From contig JALWPY010000107.1 in assembly GCA_026994915.1 (NCBI GenBank), positions 1 through 59,087 of the forward strand: DNA of 59,087 bases, written 5' to 3'. The translations under genes were made by a program, and so were the position numbers. The DNA comes from Campylobacterales bacterium. Its GTDB lineage: Bacteria > Campylobacterota > Campylobacteria > Campylobacterales > QNZT01. The notes under the pieces were generated by a model. It was not told the DNA's origin, ran no database searches, and worked only from the letters and a program-made list of their open reading frames with translations. Positions 56,641-59,087 of this stretch are shown here, in pieces; within the stretch, counting starts at the first letter, position 1, and every line of letters starts with the position of its first letter.

Positions 56641-58551
56641 CTATTTCATATAGTTCAGCAGTGTCAATGCATTGACCTTTGTGACACTTGAGAGAATCGC
56701 CTGATAACTGAGTGAAAGCTGGTTGAGATTCATATAGGCTTCGGCGATATCGACATCGGTCAGTTCCGACTTGAGCTCTTTGATACTCAGTTCCATGCTC
56801 TGTGCCCGGTCCTGGGCATTGGTCAGAGATTTCTGGATGACGCCGGTTTTTGCGAGGTTTTTGTTGAAGTGGCTGTCAAACTGATCGAGTTGCGCGATCG
56901 CATCCTGCAAACCTATATTTCTGGGGTTCGCATTATCACTCTCCGGGTGCTGTGAGCCGTTTCGCACCGCTGCAATGATCTCATCGAGCTGATAGAAAAA
57001 ATCCATCTCCGGCTTTTGGGTCGTCACCGCATCGTTGGACATGAGCGCGAATGAGGGTGTAGTGTTATCCATATCTGCAGCATCCACATCGAAGAAGGCA
57101 AATTCGAGTGCCTTGTCATTGGCCTTGTTTTCAATCTGCAGTTTGCCACTTTGGCTGATGGTAACATGCACATCTTTTTTCGCTTGCGCTATAGCGATGT
57201 CATAACCGGCTTTGTCATTGGAAGCGGGTAACTTTCCGGAAAGTACCATTGCGATCACATCATCGAGCTGTCCGAGGGTCATGCTATCTGCTGTTGTCCT
57301 GACATCAGACCCACTGCTATCTTGTTCGGCATCGTAGATATTATAGGTAGTGCCATTGATCGTAAGGGTACTGCCATTGGTATTGTACAGGTTGAGCGTT
57401 GCGGTCTGATCTGTGCCATTGATATCTTTTAGCACAAATCGGAACGCTTTACCGTCCAGGCTGCCATTGGCGATCTCTGACAGCTTCGTTCCAGGTGTCG
57501 CCAGCTTCCCATCCGCGATCAATGTGACATTTCCTTCCAGTTTATTCCCTCTCTGCACAAAAAAGGCGCTGTCATCATTAACAGGATCAGCAGGGGTACC
57601 CGGAACTGCCAATGTGTAGCCACTCTCGTTGAACTTCAAAACATTGCCGTTCTGTTCTCCTCTGAGCTTCAGTTCGAGCTGACTCATACCGCTTTTAAGA
57701 TCTTGGATGCGGATATGTCCATGTGTGTCGAGTGAGACATCGACCTTTTTCTGATCCGGTGTATTGCCATAGGCTTCTCCTATTCTGTCAAGCAGATTCT
57801 GCATTGTCGCATCCGGCTGAAGAGTAATCTCTTTTTTGACGACGCTGCCGTCATGGGCGAAGCCCGAGATTTTGAATGTAAACGGATTCTGGTCATCCCC
57901 CGTCAGATCGGATAGTTTACTGGTGCTTTGCATGATCTCACCACTGTCGCCACTGTCGTATGTTTTGAGTGAGATATTGGTACTTACGGTTTTGTGTACC
58001 TTCTCGTCACTGCCCAGAAAGAGAGATACTCCATCGACATTATACGCCAGAGAGACCCCTTCACCAAGCACAGTTTGCACCTCTGCACCATTGCCCTGAT
58101 AGTTGCCATTTGCATCGACGGGTTTGACGGAAGTCGCCGAACCAGCAAAGATATACTGTCCTGCAACCTGCGTATTGGCGAGTGTCATCATGTAGCTTTT
58201 CTCTTTTTCCAGTGCAGTGGCGATCGCTTCACGGTTGTCCGCATTGTGCGTGTCACTGGCAGCACGGATGAGGCTGTTTTTGAAGGTACGGATCGAGTTG
58301 GTAAACTCCTGCAGCGCGGAGTCGGTCGCATCTGCAAAATTTAGCGCTTTTTGTGTGCGCTCCTGCACTCCTTTGAGTTCATTGATATGGGTGTCGAACT
58401 TGAGACTGTCGTTGAAGATGGCAGGATCGTCGTAACCGTTCTGGATCTTTTTGCCCGAAGCGATCTGCTCGGTCACTTTTTTGAGCTCCTGATTGACTTT
58501 TTGTTGATCCTGTCTGAAATTGTTCAACAGAAACTGACTTGTGATACGCAT
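56641..58551 (-). CDS. flgL: Flagellar hook-associated protein 3 (hook-filament junction) FlgL
   Basis: 636 aa from the ATG at 58551 (GGGAG SD). It has a flagellin-N-like N-terminus MRITSQFLLNNF...QIASGKKIQNGYDDP, and its flagellin-C-like end closes with LSLSYQAILSSVTKVNALTLLNYM. The central region is long and variable. Confidence 0.8.
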   Translation of the reverse strand: MRITSQFLLNNFRQDQQKVNQELKKVTEQIASGKKIQNGYDDPAIFNDSLKFDTHINELKGVQERTQKALNFADATDSALQEFTNSIRTFKNSLIRAASDTHNADNREAIATALEKEKSYMMTLANTQVAGQYIFAGSATSVKPVDANGNYQGNGAEVQTVLGEGVSLAYNVDGVSLFLGSDEKVHKTVSTNISLKTYDSGDSGEIMQSTSKLSDLTGDDQNPFTFKISGFAHDGSVVKKEITLQPDATMQNLLDRIGEAYGNTPDQKKVDVSLDTHGHIRIQDLKSGMSQLELKLRGEQNGNVLKFNESGYTLAVPGTPADPVNDDSAFFVQRGNKLEGNVTLIADGKLATPGTKLSEIANGSLDGKAFRFVLKDINGTDQTATLNLYNTNGSTLTINGTTYNIYDAEQDSSGSDVRTTADSMTLGQLDDVIAMVLSGKLPASNDKAGYDIAIAQAKKDVHVTISQSGKLQIENKANDKALEFAFFDVDAADMDNTTPSFALMSNDAVTTQKPEMDFFYQLDEIIAAVRNGSQHPESDNANPRNIGLQDAIAQLDQFDSHFNKNLAKTGVIQKSLTNAQDRAQSMELSIKELKSELTDVDIAEAYMNLNQLSLSYQAILSSVTKVNALTLLNYMK

Positions 58552-58597
58552 CTGAAACTCCCATTTTACCGTACTTTTCAAGGGTATTGTTATCTGT

Positions 58598-58624
58598 ATA
58601 TCGGCTTGAGTGGTGAAATATGTA
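58598..58624 (-). promoter_or_regulatory. Sigma28-type promoter TACA-N15-GCCGATAT upstream of flgL
   Basis: The minus strand reads TACA (58624-58621), a 15-nt spacer, then GCCGATAT (58605-58598), with the -10 about 47 nt upstream of the flgL ATG. Confidence 0.4.
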
Positions 58625-58706
58625 CTTTTTATCTCAAAATGTTGTTTTTTTAAGAAAAAAAGTGTAACATAATCGCTGATTTCAAAATTTTAAAGGAAGG
58701 TAAAAT

Positions 58707-58988
58707 ATGAAAAAAGCTGATTTGATTCAAGCAATCGCGGAGAAAACCGGACTCTCCAAAAAAGATACCGCCGCAACTATCGATGCAGCACTGGAAGTGA
58801 TCGAAGAGGCACTGGTCGATGGTAAAAGTGTCAGTTTTATTGGATTCGGAACATTTACAACCAGTGAAAGAGCAGCCAGAACCGCACGTGTTCCAGGCAC
58901 AGATAAAGTAGTCGAAGTACCTGCTACAAGAGCCGTCAAATTCAAAGTCGGTAAAAAACTGAAAGAAGCTGTCGCTTCAGCAAAATAA
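58707..58988 (+). CDS. hup: HU-family DNA-binding protein
   Basis: 93 aa. MKKADLIQAIAEKTGLSKKD...FGTFTTSERAARTARVPGT...KFKVGKKLKEAV is the canonical HU/IHF fold sequence. AAGGAAGG SD. Confidence 0.92.
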   Translation: MKKADLIQAIAEKTGLSKKDTAATIDAALEVIEEALVDGKSVSFIGFGTFTTSERAARTARVPGTDKVVEVPATRAVKFKVGKKLKEAVASAK

Positions 58989-59040
58989 TTCAGCCGGGTT
59001 TGCGTATTTTTTAGATAAAATACCAGCCCGTATCTCAGAT

Positions 59041-59087
59041 GCCCGGGTGGTGAAACTGGTAGACACGTTGGATTCAAAATCCAATGG
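59041..59087 (+). tRNA. tRNA-Leu(CAA), 5' part only (truncated by window end)
   Basis: The order is acceptor arm GCCCGGG, then a D-arm GTG/CAC with the long loop AAACTGGTAGA. The anticodon stem TTGGA/TCCAA with loop TTCAAAA places CAA as the anticodon. The sequence ends at the start of the long variable arm. Confidence 0.85.

Noticed and set aside
58989-59040. A possible terminator hairpin between hup and tRNA-Leu (GTATTTT / AAAATAC with flanking GGG/CCC).
   Set aside because: The stem is AT-rich with an internal loop and no following T-run, so it is too weak to annotate with confidence.

Overview
The window is a chromosomal segment with Campylobacterota (epsilonproteobacterial) gene content: fliW, flgL, a Peb4-like PPIase, oorDABC, and icd-mdh-(fumC)-sucCD-oorDABC synteny as I recall it from Campylobacter. 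GC content is moderate and heterogeneous. No homology search was run, so all calls rest on ORF length, motifs read by eye, start/SD inspection and gene context.

- **1-6.4 kb:** a tightly overlapped housekeeping operon (pyrD, M16 peptidase, dapA, FabL-like reductase, pgsA, rseP, yggS).
- **6.4-25 kb, the accessory part:** a minus-strand cluster (GT4 glycosyltransferase, Wzx-like flippase, two tandem CapK/PaaK-like adenylate-forming ligases, a polysaccharide deacetylase). It is divergently joined to a complete Pel exopolysaccharide locus in the order pelC-D-E-F-G-A-B, with PelB split into two translationally coupled ORFs. This pairing is the best candidate for an undescribed system, either a modified-Pel pathway or a hybrid EPS pathway.
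- **25-34.4 kb:** rpmB, an RCK K+ channel, argJ, DUF465, proC, fliW, bamD, lon, fba and a PPIase.
- **34.5-40.5 kb:** a FIST histidine kinase, a REC-PAS-pseudokinase response regulator and ycjXF.
- **40.6-54 kb:** a TCA-type supercluster (oorDABC, sucCD, fumC, mdh, icd, mltG, acnB).
- **54-59 kb:** ftsK, flgL, hup and a partial tRNA-Leu.

Smaller signals:
- a perfect 22-bp tandem repeat in the fliW leader;
- sigma28-type promoter motifs upstream of flgL, fliW and the response regulator;
- a probable non-canonical ftsK start;
- several terminators and hairpins.

I saw no CRISPR array, IS element, integrase, or recognisable defence or toxin genes.
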